A stretch of 63,711 nt of DNA, counting the filler, from Octopus bimaculoides (taxonomy: Eukaryota), in NCBI RefSeq assembly GCF_001194135.2. It is 9 parts of 9 records of this genome, joined end to end, with 100 filler letters (N's around TTAATTAATTAA, not from the genome) between each part and the next. Parts side by side here need not be neighbours in the genome. Positions count along the whole stretch, not along the records: positions 25,112 to 43,561 come from NC_068986.1; positions 43,662 to 49,784 come from NC_068996.1; 7 more parts are not named here. The stretch is one strand, 5' to 3'. Made by a program: the position numbers and the translations under genes. Within the stretch, counting starts at the first letter, position 1, and each line of letters opens with the position of its first letter. Positions 36,716 through 49,074 of this stretch are shown here, piece after piece. The notes under the pieces were generated by a model, which saw nothing but the letters and a program-made list of their open reading frames with translations, searched no databases and was not told the DNA's origin.

Positions 36716-37001
36716 TTTAAAGAATGTAGTTGTATAAAGCAGGAACAAGGTACAAAGTAAACAACAAATTGAAAAGAAAACAGAACAAAGTTTGAGTTTT
36801 ACTGTGTATTTCTAAATTTTGAGATAAAGATCCCTTCTTCAGGACATTTGGAAAAAGTTTGTTGCTCAGAAGAAGGGGTCGTCAGCTCAAAATTTAGAAA
36901 TACACAGTAAAACTGAAATTTTGTTCTGTTTTCTTTTCAATTTGTTGTTTACTTTGTACCTTCTCACATTGTTCTGGCTTTGTACAACTACATTCTTTAA
37001 A
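36716..37001. repeat. Fold-back element, ~130-bp inverted arms, ~24-bp spacer
   Basis: 36716-36842 versus the reverse complement of 36867-37001 is roughly 85-90% identical by eye, with one 7-nt indel. Confidence 0.9.
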
Positions 37002-38670
37002 CACACACACACACACACACAACCTTTCTTTTTGAAGAAAGTTTATACATGAAGTAAGGTGGAAGACATAAAAAAAAGGTGTGATGTAGGACATTGTCTT
37101 AAGAAAATTTACACAGGGCAATGTTTGCATAAAATGTAGAAAGAATGTATAAAGAAAATTTACACAAGTCATAAAACCAAGATTGATTGGTTGGGATCGT
37201 TAACACACCTCTCCCTCACAATATCTCCTCCATATTCCAACTGAAAAATACTATACTTTCCATACAACACCTTGGTATAGTTAAAACCCTAAAGGGAATT
37301 GCCGGATGTAATTAATTATCAGAAATGTGTCAGAAATGAAATGAAGACCCCCATTCTTTGGTGATACAAAACTGTTACTAATGAAAAGGAAACTAAGATA
37401 CCATGAAGAACTTCATCATTAATGCATTTCCTAAAAGCATTAGTAATCTAACTGGCTATGAAATTAATAATCCAGGCATACTTCATCATATAAATATAGA
37501 ACTGTTGTTAAATAATTCTTCTAGTTCAAGGTTTAACAAAGCTGTAGTCTGATATTATAACCTTTGCATCAACTCTTATGTCCCCAGCCTTCTCTGTCTG
37601 TTATTGTATGATATAGTTTGGTAATATTATAAGTATGAAACATATTAAACTTCAAATTTGATTCAAGTTATAACAGTGTTATTCATGGTAAAATATTTGA
37701 TATTTGATATTTTACAATATCAAATATAGATTTGATATAAACATTAGCAGGATTTAGCTAAAACTTCAAAAATACAATATTTATTTAATAAAAAATTTAG
37801 TCATACAAGTATATTGTCCTTCTGTGTTGGGTAACTACAACACATTATCAACTGGAATTCGTGGTTTGAAAATATCATGATGGATACTAGTTTCTAGATA
37901 TTAATCCTTTTTACTGCAGGCACAAGGCCTTGAATTCATGGATGAGGGGGTTAATCAATTACATGGACCCCAGTGTTCTGTTGGTACTTATTTCATCAGC
38001 CCTAAAAGAATGAGAAGCAAAGTTGAACTTAGCAGAATTTGAATTCAGAATAAAAAGACAAATGGAATGCCACAAAGCATTTTGTCCAGCAAGTCTGCCA
38101 GCTCACTATCTTAGTTTCTAGATATTAATACAAAGGCATTGAGTTGACAGAATTGTTAGACAAAATGTCTTCTTTTATTTAATAACAGGCCTTCACATTT
38201 TGTGTATATATATATCTTGTCTTTCATCTTTCCATAGTTGATAAATTAAAATACCAGCCAAATACTGGAGTTGATATCATCAATCATATCTCCCCCTCAT
38301 TCAAATGTGTGACCTTGTAATAATGTCAGAAATCTATATAACTTATAAGTTTAATAATAGGAACATGAGATAACTGTTACCATGCAGAATATACAATTTC
38401 AATTCATCATTTTAATACTGAAACTGCCTAAAACTCTTCTTGTTTTAAAATGATCGTCAGAATTTCAAGCTAATTTATATCCCAAGTACCAATTTAATAA
38501 TGACAAAGTTATTTTAATGAATTTTTTTTATTATTTTCAAAATTAATTGAAACAATGACTGTGTTTCAACAGAAATATACCAACAAAATGGTTATGGTCA
38601 ATTTTTAAATAAAATTTAATAAGTTAATTTTCAGGCTTAAATATTTGAAGTTGACTAAAGACATTCAAGT

Positions 38671-38956
38671 GAGATCATTGCCAGTGCCGCTGGACTGGCT
38701 CCTATGCAGGTGGCACATAAGATACACCATTTCGAGCATGGCTGTTGCCAGTACCGCCTGACTGGCCTTCGTGCAGGTGACACGTGAAAGCACCCACTAC
38801 ACTCATGGAGTGGTTGGCGTTAAGAAGGGAATCCAGCTGTAGAAACTCTGCCAAATCAGATTGGAGCCTGGTGTAGCCATCTGGTTCGCCAGTCCTCAGT
38901 CAAATCGTCCAACTCATGCTAGCATGGAAAGCGGATGTTAAACGATGATGATGATG
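38671..38956 (+). mobile_element. Young RTE-tailed element with tandem units
   Basis: Matches 17740-18008. Confidence 0.85.
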
Positions 38957-39592
38957 ACAACTGTGTTGAATTTTCTGTTTTCATTGTTATTTAATTTTTT
39001 TTTTTAATGACTTACTCAGGGGAGGAAAGACAGCACTTATGACCCCTTGCAAATTATCCTCAAACAAGAAACCTGAGCCAAACACCATCAGAGCAGACAT
39101 TGCTGAAGGTACCCAAGGGCAAGGTAGTAGTATAAAACTGAATGATGGATTAGTCTAGCATGAAATTTTTGCTAAAGAACTGAATATTCATTTATTGGAG
39201 ATCTATCATACAACAGTTATAATGTGGAAAATGAAACACTTTGAAGTTTAAATTCATAATGTTTTAAACATAACTTGACAAACTGGAAGCGATTTATAAT
39301 CAAAGATTTGTGGTTGAAATAAGAATCTTGTAGCTTCCCAGACACTTTGCTGACTTGACCGTAATACAAAAGTAAACATAACACACAAAGAAAGAAATAA
39401 GTAAATTGGTACTGCTTAAAACTACTACAGTCAAACAAAAGGTAATTTGAATATCTACAGTTAATAGACGACTTGTTGCTACTACTTATTCAAATACTAG
39501 TATTTGAATAGTAGCACTTTTAATGCAGTAGTTTTTGCCGTTGCATATAATGTATTGTTCATTGAACATAACAACACTGGCTCTCTTCACAG

Positions 39593-39773
39593 ACAGAGAA
39601 GTAGGTTCCGGCCATCCGCAAGTGTTAATGGAGTATTTTTAATTCTGCTTGCCTTGTTGTTCTAAGATCTTTTACTTTAAGCACCGCCAACAACATCTTC
39701 ATCCTTGATGCCATCATCATCATCATCATCATCATCATTATCACCATCATCTTCTGCTTTCTTCCATCGAACA
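39593..39773 (+). other. Candidate host exon (possible 5'UTR + start MPSSSSSSSSLSPSSSAFFHRT)
   Basis: Acceptor ctctcttcacAG (39591-39592), donor aca|GTAAGT (39774); ATG at 39708 gives 22 codons to a phase-0 donor. No homology recognised. Confidence 0.3.
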
Positions 39774-40360
39774 GTAAGTAAAATGGATATTTATCTCATT
39801 GCTTTGGGATCACAGGGATCTGTGATTGATCTGTGTTATTAGATATTATTCCCTTTTGTTTTGTTTTTGTTTTGTTTTATTTTAAGCTATTCAACCAATT
39901 GTGTGTGTGTGTGCATATAAATAAATAAATATACACACACACACACACATAGATACATATACATCTTACACACGTCTTCCAAAATCAATAACTTTTTTCA
40001 GTTTCATAGCACAAACTAATAACTGTGTTACTGCCTTCCAGGCCGTGTATACTAAAATAATAATTTTTATTGTAATTGTGCACGCTTGTAAATTTGTGTG
40101 ATTGTGTGTATATAAGTGATTGAGTAATTGTGTGTATGTATGTGTACATCACCTTTTTTTTAATGTTATTTACACCTGAGTGTTATTTGTACAATTGCAG
40201 TACTTTCAAGCATTGGCCTTCAAAATTTACACATTCTGTAATAAATTCAGATTCCCCTTTATTTGTGTGTATCCATGTGTGTCCATGTGTTGGTGCATGG
40301 TATGTATGTTAATGAATGTGCATGTGTATTGATGTGTGTCGAAAGTGTGTGTGTGTGTGC

Positions 40361-40403
<43 letters not shown>

Positions 40404-41039
40404 ATTTCTATTTTTGTTGTATGATTGGTAACTGAATCTAGGTTAACATTTTTACTAGAATGATTGTTTCAGGAAACGATTTTCATGATGATTCTCATTG
40501 GAATATTGATTTCTAACTTAAGCATAAGGGCATGGCACACTTTTTCGGAAACTAACAGTCAATGATGTCGACCCAAGTATTTCATAGGCACCTTATCCTA
40601 TTGACATCTCTTACCCCACCTCCCTACCGAAAGATGAAAGGCAACGTCACTTTGGCAGGATTTGAACTCGGAACATAAAGGGATGCAACTAAAAGCAGAA
40701 AACATTTTGTCTCATATTTTTATTGATTCTGTTAATTTATACCCTATCCCAGGCCACTGTATCCTTGCTTTTGTTTATGTTTAACACCAATGTAGACCCA
40801 TTGTTGTGTCAAAGAGCATATCTTATTTATTCAATGATAAAGTATATACTGATAAATAAGTACTGTTGTCAATGTGATTGATGATAAAAACCAGTGAAAT
40901 AATAAAATAACATACATTCCAATTGGGGTTGTCATGTACAGGGTCCTTTGGGTTTTTTTAAGTACTGTAAAAGAATTTTGAAGGTTTGCCTCCAACTAGG
41001 TCTTTTGTGATACCCTAAAAGCCAAGAACTTTCCATCAA

Positions 41040-41380
41040 CTCCCTTGTACCTCCAGTCAACAAGACACCTTTTGCTGTCTCTCCATCATATTTTAACTTC
41101 TTCTCACCAGGCATGGAGCCACCTCCTTCAATACTGCACTCACTCAGCTGAGGATCTTGTCTTATGAGTTACTTGGTGACACCACGAGTGATGGTGCCAT
41201 GAGAAAGCACCCAGTACACTCTGTAACATGACTAGTGTTAGCAAGAACAACCAGCTGTAGAAATTATGCCGAAGCAGACATTGGGGCTTGGCACAGTCCT
41301 CTAGCTTGCTAGCTCCTGTTGAAACCATCCAACCCATGCCAGCATGGAGAATGGACATTAAATGATGATGATGACGACAA
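41040..41380 (+). mobile_element. RTE-tailed element with C/T-rich body
   Basis: Body matches the reverse complement of 3080-3240; tail ccaacccatgccagcatggagaatggacattaaatgatgatg. Confidence 0.7.
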
Positions 41381-42006
41381 CAACGAAATATAAGACTGAA
41401 ACTGTCAATTCTTCAACGCTTTTCAGTTATTCTTTTTTTCCCCTCAGCTTGCCAAATATCTTCAGAGAGTTGTTATATTTTATACATACTTTTTCAAGAT
41501 AGCATATGTTAATTTCCATCAAGCCAATATAACCTGAAGATGGAAGTTATTGTTACTCCTGTGCTTTTAAGCAAGCATGATAATGGCATGCATATCTATT
41601 GGTATTTTGAATTTTTACAGTGACATTACTCTGCAACTGATGACTGCTTCCTGAGAAACTTAAGACTGAGCCTCCTAAATTTGGGGTTATAAATTATCAA
41701 TAAGATAACATAAACTCTATTAAGTCTATTGATTTATTCAATGTCTTTTTTCCTGCAAAATTCCATGCTGCATCTATTTATGTACATGTGTTCATATAAG
41801 CTTGTTAGGTTAATGCTAGAAACATTGAAATCTAGTTCTTTTCCTCGTGGTGTAATGCATTAACTTTGTGATTTTGTTTCATTTGCATTTCTTTTTATTT
41901 ATTTATCCCAATTTTGCCTGTTACATTAATATATATTGTAAATATATTTGCTTTTCCATGCTAAAGGGGAAACTGCAAGTTGGTTGAGTTTCTGTTCTGT
42001 TTGCAG

Positions 42007-42054
42007 CCATCATCAGAAATATCAATGTCATGCCACAACATTAGCATGGAGCAA
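42007..42054 (+). other. Candidate 48-nt exon
   Basis: tttctgttctgtttgcAG|...caa|GTAAAC; open in phase 0 (PSSEISMSCHNISMEQ). Confidence 0.2.
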
Positions 42055-42539
42055 GTAAACATTATAAGAGCACCATAAAAATTTGTTTTCACATGAATGT
42101 TATTATAGTGGACATTACTAAAGATATGGAGTTTGGATTGTAATGTTGTTTAACTCCAGGTCTGCCTAGACAAAGCAGGCCTACGACCAAAAGATATTCT
42201 TGCCAGGATCTTCCTGACTTTTTCTGTGACATAAAATATCTCAGACTATCAATGCTTTTTTCTCTTTTTCATGGTAGACTGTGATTTAAAAATTCTTTTT
42301 CCCCACTTCTTACGGCTTTGTCAAATGAGAAGATTCATACATAGTCATCATACAATCTGCCTTTCACTCTGAGAGAGAGGCCCTTTGTTACCAACAAAGG
42401 TAGCAGCTCTCTGAACTTTGCCCAGCCTGTTGTTCTAGCAGTTGTGGTTTCAAGATTGATGGGAGGAAGGGAGAAAGTTGTCATCAGACCTGAGACCAAC
42501 TCTATAGCTTTGCAAAAAGTGTATACCTCTAATGACAGC

Positions 42540-43130
42540 CATAGGCTAAGCAGAGGCGTTCAGCTGGCAGAAACATTAGCAAAATGCTTAGTGTTATTTC
42601 GTCTGTCTTTATGTTGTAAGTTCAAATTTCACTGAGGTTGACTTTTCCTTTCATCCTTTTGGGGTCGATAAATTACGTACCAGGTGCGTACTGGAGTTAA
42701 TCTAATCTCCTCCCCGCAAATTTTCCTTTTATTCTTTTAGCTGTTTCAATCATTAGACTTGCAGTCATGCTGGGGCACCATCTTGAGGAATTTTAAGCAG
42801 ACAAATCGACCCCAGTGCTTAATTTTTTTTTTAAAGTCTGGTACTTATTCTATCGATCTCTTTCACTGAACTACTAAGTTACAGGGACATAACCCTGCCA
42901 ACACCAGATGTCAAGCAGTGATGAGAGACAAACACAAGCACAAAGATACACACACACACACACACACATATATATAATGGGCTTCTTTCAGTTTCCATCA
43001 ACCAAATCCACTCACAAAGCTTTGGTCAGCTTGAGGCTATTGTAGAAGACACTTACCCAAGATGCCATGCAGTGGGACTGAACCCAGAACTATATGGTTG
43101 GGAAGCAAACCTCTTACCACACAGCCATAC
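42540..43130. mobile_element. SINE C (+, 42540-42720) abutting SINE A (-, 42730-43130)
   Basis: Diagnostic cores of both families. Confidence 0.75.
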
Positions 43131-43661
43131 TTTTTCTTTAAATAGCTCACTAATTATATATCTTTTTAAAATCTCATTAACTAATTATGTTAACAATCAT
43201 CAAAATTACTCTTAAAACAATTGAGTTTCACTATTTCCATTCAATCTTTTAATTCTTTGCAATTTCATTAAGTTACAATTTAAACATTAATTCAGTTAGT
43301 CTATTGTATGTCTCTTTAAATGTGGCACTTTTAGATTGTGTATATTCAATGCCCCATTCTTCCAGGGTTTTCTTGCTAAACTATTGATTGGTTGCTTAGC
43401 CATGAGTGGAAAATTTTGCACAGCTGCTCTGTATCCTGCCACTCCTATCCCATTGTTGAAGGAAGCAACCGTAGCAAAAACCACATGATTAGATAATTCA
43501 CAAGTCAATTTTCTTCAATTTACAAAATCATCCTACACATGTTAACATGAATATATATATANNNNNNNNNNNNNNNNNNNNNNNNNNNNNNNNNNNNNNN
43601 NNNNNTTAATTAATTAANNNNNNNNNNNNNNNNNNNNNNNNNNNNNNNNNNNNNNNNNNNN

Positions 43662-43718
<57 letters not shown>

Positions 43719-43976
43719 AAGGAGGAAGAGATAGAAACAAAGAGAGGCAGAGACAGAAAAAGAGAGTGAAGCAGATAGACAAAGAAGACAAAGAGAAAGA
43801 GAAAGGGAGAGAGAAAAGAGTGGTGTTTTATATATGTGTGTATAAGCGCGCGCGCATGTGTGTGATTAAATTGTACAAAAACAACAACAAAACAAACAGA
43901 AAGATAGAAACAGGTGAGGGAGCAACAAACGACAACAACTTGTATTAGTTTGACGATTGGGACAAATGGAAGAAGT

Positions 43977-44012
43977 CTTTGACATTTCGAGCCTACGCTC
44001 TTCTGCAGAGAG
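43977..44012 (-). ncRNA. Degenerate minimal type I hammerhead
   Basis: ctct-CTGCAGA-A-GAGC-gtag-GCTC-GAAAT-GTC-aaag; A6>C and one stem I mismatch; homologous to 53400-53435. Confidence 0.6.
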
Positions 44013-44289
44013 GAACGAGGAAAGAAAACGGAGAGAGAAAAGGAACATGTCTGGGTTAACGGTCGAATTATATATATATATATATATATATATAGGTTCC
44101 GAAGGTTGTCACAGCCGAGGGTGGTAGTAGGGATAAGCGCCCACTATCTACAAAATGGTCCCACATGGCGTGCGTCTAAGAAAGCCTCTAACAACCAAAG
44201 TCCAACAACCGGCCTGCTCGTGGCGGAACTGCTTTTACAGACAGGAGAAGGGGCAAAGATATATATAATATATAATATATATGATATAT

Positions 44290-44330
<41 letters not shown>

Positions 44331-45097
44331 TTANNNNNNNNNNNNNNNNNNNNNNNNNNNNNNNNNNNNNNNNNNNNNNNNNNNNNNNNNNNNNNNNNNN
44401 NNNNNNNNNNNNNNNNNNNNNNNNNNNNNNNNNNNNNNNNNNNNNNNNNNNNNNNNNNNNNNNNNNNNNNNNNNNNNNNNNNNNNNNNNNNNNNNNNNNN
44501 NNNNNNNNNNNNNNNNNNNNNNNNNNNNNNNNNNNNNNNNNNNNNNNNNNNNNNNNNNNNNNNNNNNNNNNNNNNNNNNNNNNNNNNNNNNNNNNNNNNN
44601 NNNNNNNNNNNNNNNNNNNNNNNNNNNNNNNNNNNNNNNNNNNNNNNNNNNNNNNNNNNNNNNNNNNNNNNNNNNNNNNNNNNNNNNNNNNNNNNNNNNN
44701 NNNNNNNNNNNNNNNNNNNNNNNNNNNNNNNNNNNNNNNNNNNNNNNNNNNNNNNNNNNNNNNNNNNNNNNNNNNNNNNNNNNNNNNNNNNNNNNNNNNN
44801 NNNNNNNNNNNNNNNNNNNNNNNNNNNNNNNNNNNNNNNNNNNNNNNNNNNNNNNNNNNNNNNNNNNNNNNNNNNNNNNNNNNNNNNNNNNNNNNNNNNN
44901 NNNNNNNNNNNNNNNNNNNNNNNNNNNNNNNNNNNNNNNNNNNNNNNNNNNNNNNNNNNNNNNNNNNNNNNNNNNNNNNNNNNNNNNNNNNNNNNNNNNN
45001 NNNNNNNNNNNNNNNNNNNNNNNNNNNNNNNNNNNNNNNNNNNNNNNNNNNNNNNNNNNNNNNNNNNNNNNNNNNNNNNNNNNNNNNNNNNNNNNNN

Positions 45098-45690
45098 CGA
45101 TATATATTTATACATGCGCATGCAACCACTGAAAATTACTAACTTGGAGTTCAATAGAGAGTTAGGGATCTTAGACCTGAATAGGATCTGTGTTCTTTCA
45201 GCCAAACGAAGTCTACACTTATTCGATCCATTCACATAAGGTATCGATTTCTCAATTACTTTCCATTTAATCACATGTGGTGTTTTGTTATCTTTCAAAT
45301 TCCACATGTAGCTAGCTAACTTAGTAGCTTTACTTTTGTCCCTATGTAGGAAAGAGGCTATGTGAATGGCTTAGCGATTTTTAAATTCTCCTTCCCATAA
45401 TCCAACATAGGTCTTCTCATCAGTTGTTTTATCATTTAGGGTTGCAGTGACTACTACTTCATATATGATAGATTTAGTCAGACATCGTTGGTCAAGTGGA
45501 CAAGATCCTGGGTCGCGGCAGTTGCAACTGGATTTAAGCTCTTGGTATTGACCACGTGTAATAATACTCTTCATATTTGGGAAGCAGCTATATGATAATT
45601 TCACAGAATGCCTATTAGATATTTTCCTGTATCTGTGAGTTGCTGGAACGTTATAGGACAGAGACTGTACCAATAAAATTTCACAAAATT
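45098..45690 (-). pseudogene. Penelope-like element: linker and GIY-YIG endonuclease C-terminus
   Basis: NRHSVKLSYSCFPNMKSII...CNCRDPGSCPLDQRCLTKSIIY...YVGLWEGEFKNR*AIHIASF...LASYMWNLKD...KCRL; in frame across one stop at 45371-45373. Confidence 0.9.
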
Positions 45691-46968
45691 GATTCGAGTC
45701 AATGGAATGGTGTTGGAGCTGGTGGTGGTAGTGGTGCGATTGCATGTCGTGGCCATTGGGGTTGTGGCAGGGTGTTGTTGACAGTGGGGGGGGGGGTTGT
45801 AGAATTGCTAAGTTCTTTATCTAAAGACTAGAAACAGCAAGCAAAAATCTTCCTCAATTCGCATCGTATACCATCTTGAAAAAAACGGTGAGTACACTTC
45901 GAACGATGTGCTCCTCAGTTCTCTGTACATAGAAAAACAAGCAGGATGATCACGAAATGTCCCTGGTTACTTTCAAAACAGCAAAGTACAATTTAATGTT
46001 GATTCTCCTCGCATTGACGTCTTTAAATTTCGAAATCTACAAGACATATCGAAATCATTGGTACTTTCATATGTTGCATTAACATAAAACTAGGCCTCCT
46101 GGATGAGACACTTTTAGAAAATGCAGCATATGTTAATAACACAACCTGTAAGCTTTCACCCTTCTACATCTGCAGTTAGGATTCTTGGTACCTAATCCGA
46201 AAAAAAAAACTTTTCCAAACGCTGCTTAAATATTCACTCTTCAATAAATACTGACCTATATGCTGGGAACAGTGTGTCTAAAGACAAGCCGGAACCTTAG
46301 CAACACTGGTTATTCCGCTTTGTTCACGCAACGAATTTCTTACAATAGTCTCTTTACAACCAATCAAATAATATAATTTCTATTCATTTCATGTTTCTGT
46401 TTCCCGAAAAAAACATATATTTTCTTCTGAGATATTTCACCCAAATCTATATTAGTCAAGTCAAGTCAAACTGTTGCTGTTCTGACTCCGGGTATCAGCA
46501 GTAATTTAGGAATAATATCAGCTGTGTATAAGTGTGACTCAGCTAAGAGACCTAGTTTTATGTAAATACAACACAAGAAAGCACCAGTGTTTGCAGTATT
46601 TCCCGTGGGATTTCAAAATTTAGACCTAAATCCGCACATGTATAAATACTCTTACATGTGCACACACAAATATAACTGCTCACATAAACACATACAACCC
46701 ACACAGAAGAGAAAAAGAAAATCATACACAAAATTATTTGGTCGAAGTAAAACTCTAAATAACTAGGTAACTTTGAATTTATATGAAGTAACAATTCGAA
46801 ATATTCTGCAATAAAGCAATCTTGGACAAAAAATAAATAGATAACAATATATATAGTAGTTGTATACTGTCAACTTAACGTGACAGTCCCGATAAGGGAA
46901 TCATACTACTACTATTTAGCCCTATATATAATTTATAAACCTTAAAATTCACTCCATAATTGTTCACT

Positions 46969-47170
46969 AGCATATGGCGTAGTAGTTAAGAGCGCGGGCT
47001 ACTTACCCCAAGATTCTAAGTTCGATTCCAGTATACATCGAAAAATACCTTAGAAATTTGAAATTTCCCCTAGACACATGATGAAGGCTTGGAGGGTATA
47101 TCAGCCGAAACGTTGTGTTAACAACAAACAAAATGAGGTTAAATATCCGTCAAATGTAAATAATGAATGT
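46969..47170 (+). mobile_element. tRNA-headed element carrying a hammerhead motif
   Basis: A box tggcgtagtagtt from 46975, B box gttcgattcc 47020-47029, HHR motif ~45 nt downstream. Confidence 0.6.
47074..47118 (+). ncRNA. Minimal type I hammerhead with C3>A
   Basis: ACAC-ATGATGA-A-GGCTTG-loop-CAGCC-GAAAC-GTT-GTGT; palindromic AACGTT stem III. Confidence 0.7.
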
Positions 47171-47274
47171 AATTTCTTCATGAAAAGTATTACAGCTTAT
47201 TAAAAATAATTACAGGAAGATTTACTACTAGTTAGTCTCAAGCGTGTTGAACCTCATTAATTGGTCTGTTACAC

Positions 47275-47632
47275 TTACTCTTTTATTTGTTTCAGTCATT
47301 TGACTGTGGCCATGCTGGAGCACCGCTTTTAGTCGAGCAAATCGACCCCAAGATTTATTCTTTGGATGCCTAGTACTTATCCTATCGGTCTCTTTTGCCG
47401 AACCGCTAATTTACGGGGATGTAAACACACCAGCATCGGTTGTCAAGCGATGTTGAGGGGTACCAACACAGACACACAAACATATACATACACACATACA
47501 TATATATATACATATATACGACGGGCTTCTTTCAGTTTCTGTCTACCAAATCCACTCACAAGGCTTTGGTCGGCCCGAGGCTATAGTAGAAGACACTTGC
47601 CCAAGGTGCCACGCAGTGGGACTGAACCCGGA
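47275..47632 (-). mobile_element. SINE family A, young CpG-rich copy
   Basis: Matches 9665-10065; head runs into gap. Confidence 0.9.
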
Positions 47633-47974
47633 NNNNNNNNNNNNNNNNNNNNNNNNNNNNNNNNNNNNNNNNNNNNNNNNNNNNNNNNNNNNNNNNNNNN
47701 NNNNNNNNNNNNNNNNNNNNNNNNNNNNNNNNNNNNNNNNNNNNNNNNNNNNNNNNNNNNNNNNNNNNNNNNNNNNNNNNNNNNNNNNNNNNNNNNNNNN
47801 NNNNNNNNNNNNNNNNNNNNNNNNNNNNNNNNNNNNNNNNNNNNNNNNNNNNNNNNACCAGAGGAAAATAAGACGGTGGTAGCAAATTCTAGAAAGCAGC
47901 AGTTCGAGGAAAGAAGCCAGTAGAATAAAAAGACTTATGACTATATCCTTTTATTCTAATAAATTTTGATACTG

Positions 47975-48200
47975 CTTGATTCGAAGGTGGAGAACTGGTA
48001 GAATCGTTAGTACACCGGGAAAAATGCTTTCCAATATTTTGTCCATCTTTACGTTCTGAGTTCAAATGCCGCCGAGGTCGACTTTGCCTTTCAACCTTTC
48101 GGAATCGATAAAATAAGTACCAGTTGTGTACCAGTCGTTGTAATAAAATTACCCCGTCTCCCGAACTTGCTGGTCTTGTGCCAAAATTTGAAAGCAATAT
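47975..48200 (+). mobile_element. SINE family C monomer
   Basis: ctggtagaatcgttag head, ttctgagttcaaatgccgccgaggtcgactttgcc core. Confidence 0.8.
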
Positions 48201-49074
48201 TTCTGGGTTCTCGGCTGTCTAAAATAAGCACCGTTAAACGATTAGGAGCAACCTTGATCGCAAAAACTTCCTTCTTAAGATTTGCAGCCTTGTTTTATTT
48301 TTAGAAATCAATAAATAACCACAATATTACTGTTGCAGTTCAATGAGTATAAATAATAGCATCGTTGTACATTTATCGAACTTTTCATTTGCCTAAAAAG
48401 GTAAGTTCCACTTCCCCTGAGAATAAATAAATTTAATAAATGGTCAGGCTCCTTGCAAAGCAGATGAGCGTTAGTTACATTGCAAGAAATGTTACAGAAC
48501 TGTCAATTAGTTTAATAGTACCGCCGTCAGTGTTATAGTTTATTTTTAAAGATAATATCAACGATATCGACCTCACTAATTTAGGACACCTTGAGAAAAC
48601 CATGGAAACAGTTCCTTCTCCCAAATCAAACCATTAGAGAATAAAACCTATACAACGTGTATAATGTTGTATAGTGTTTCTTTTATTGTGTGTCTCCATC
48701 GTTTTCTTTCTGTAAATTTACAGGCAAAGAAATCTTTTGCTATCTTTCTCCAACCAATTTAGTAACCAGAGATGGTGATTTGACCAAGAAATATTTCTTT
48801 TAATCCGTTCCAGTGTCTTACAGTAGGAAATTTAGATTGTTTTAGTTGCAGTTCCCGTAACAATGGCTGTTAATTCAACCATTAAATGAAAATTGGAAAT
48901 ATTGCAATACGTTGGGAGAAAGAACAATGTGATCCTTGGCATAGAGTGAGACAACATTGACTCATGCATACATACATACATACATACATACATACATACA
49001 TACATACATACATACATACGTATACACAAATGTACGTGCATACATATATTCATATGTACATGCATACATATATA

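Noticed and set aside
41637-41666. CTGATGA...GAAAC hammerhead-like spacing
   Set aside because: Stems I and II do not pair and U16.1 is absent.
43366-43488. LAMSGKFC resembling an SLC22/MFS transmembrane segment
   Set aside because: The similarity stops after about 10 residues, there is no suitable donor, and the frame hits a stop.
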